Source of the DNA: an uncultured Nitrososphaeraceae archaeon
GTDB taxonomy: Archaea; Thermoproteota; Nitrososphaeria; Nitrososphaerales; Nitrososphaeraceae
Length of the DNA stretch: 64,000 nt
Assembly: GCA_963765895.1 (NCBI GenBank)
Contig: CAVXZB010000019.1
Coordinates: 320,001 to 384,000 of the forward strand
Direction: 5' to 3'
The stretch's first letter is position 1. Each line of letters begins with the position of its first letter. The position numbers and the translations under genes were made by a program. This document shows, piece after piece, positions 63,358-64,000 of the stretch. Below the pieces are notes generated by a model that made no database searches, was not told the origin of the DNA, and saw nothing but the letters and a program-made list of their open reading frames with translations.

Positions 63358-63672
63358 TTGCACGTGAAAAAAAGTCTTTCCTCGCGAGATGAAATATTGG
63401 TTCGCAGGGGCACTGTTTCAAATGATATGGATGGTACTCCGTTATTTATTAATGAGAAATGCGAAGGATATAGAGTCAATGATACCGCAGTTTCGCTATG
63501 GAATATGTGTAACGGCATAACATTTGATGAACTGAAGGAAGAGGTCCTGCGTATTTCAAATGACAATGAAGAAAATGTTAGTTTGGCACTAGGAGAGATG
63601 GTTGAACAGCTAAAAAAGGTATCGGTATTGGACACAAAGCAAGTTAAACATGATTCCCGTATTCTTCGCTAG
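63358..63672 (+). CDS. PqqD/RRE-like protein
   Basis: About 100 aa; YRVNDTAVSLWNMCNGITFDEL...VEQLKK matches the PqqD pattern (LN.ta..iW..cDG). Confidence 0.6.
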   Translation: MHVKKSLSSRDEILVRRGTVSNDMDGTPLFINEKCEGYRVNDTAVSLWNMCNGITFDELKEEVLRISNDNEENVSLALGEMVEQLKKVSVLDTKQVKHDSRILR

Positions 63673-63754
63673 TTCGACTAAATAAAAACTCGCTTATTCC
63701 TTACAGTCGTCTGCGGTTATCTTTTTTAGTGTCTGCTGTGATCAAATAGAATTA

Positions 63755-64000
63755 ATGGTCATTGCTAGTTCTGTTTATTTAGTCTTATCCGAGTTGGGCC
63801 TCGCCGCCTTTGGCGAAAACAACGAGCCAATATCCTCTATAAAATTTAATGATCCAGTAAGTGCTTTTAGGCTAATTCGAAGATCGGAAGCACCTGAAGA
63901 GCTTTTAGTTTTTATTAATAGACTAGATGGGTTTGAAACAGTACTTGTAAATGACCTAGCGATAAAGTCGATTCTAGAGAGACGTGGTATACGCAGTGAC
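63755..64000 (+). CDS. 5' part of a gene running off the window, possibly Nop5 (C/D sRNP)
   Basis: Open frame MVIASSVYLVLSELGLAAF...VLVNDLAIKSILERRG; resembles thaumarchaeal Nop5 N-terminus from memory. Confidence 0.5.
   Translation, partial: MVIASSVYLVLSELGLAAFGENNEPISSIKFNDPVSAFRLIRRSEAPEELLVFINRLDGFETVLVNDLAIKSILERRGIRSD

Noticed and set aside
550-63635. Many antisense or alternate-frame ORFs in the track (e.g. 550-786, 1121-1522, 27764-28279, 51327-51824, 54532-54915)
   Set aside because: Shadows of well-supported genes, with no independent motifs.

Overview
Core-genome segment of an ammonia-oxidising archaeon, most consistent with Nitrososphaerales (Thaumarchaeota). Basis: archaeal information genes (TFB, RpoP, aRF1, aIF1, proteasome beta, RNase P RNA, probable Nop5), HP/HB carbon-fixation genes (methylmalonyl-CoA mutase/epimerase/MeaB, 3-hydroxybutyryl-CoA dehydrogenase), the archaeal shikimate cluster, cofC/cofD and an AT-rich composition. 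No CRISPR array, transposase, integrase or rRNA was recognised. About ten apparent frameshifts are all single-base insertions, probably long-read sequencing errors. I found no clear novel multi-gene system. Best leads: repeated non-canonical (CUG/AUU) starts in core genes; a stand-alone MORC-like GHKL ATPase; two SAH-hydrolase paralogs, one with GHP->GSP; a Trm112-methyltransferase fusion; an orphan DNA methyltransferase inside the aro cluster; a PqqD/RRE-like gene divergent from a JAMM protease; several unannotated micro-ORFs; two GC-rich structured intergenic elements. All calls come from motif recognition by eye; no database searches were run.
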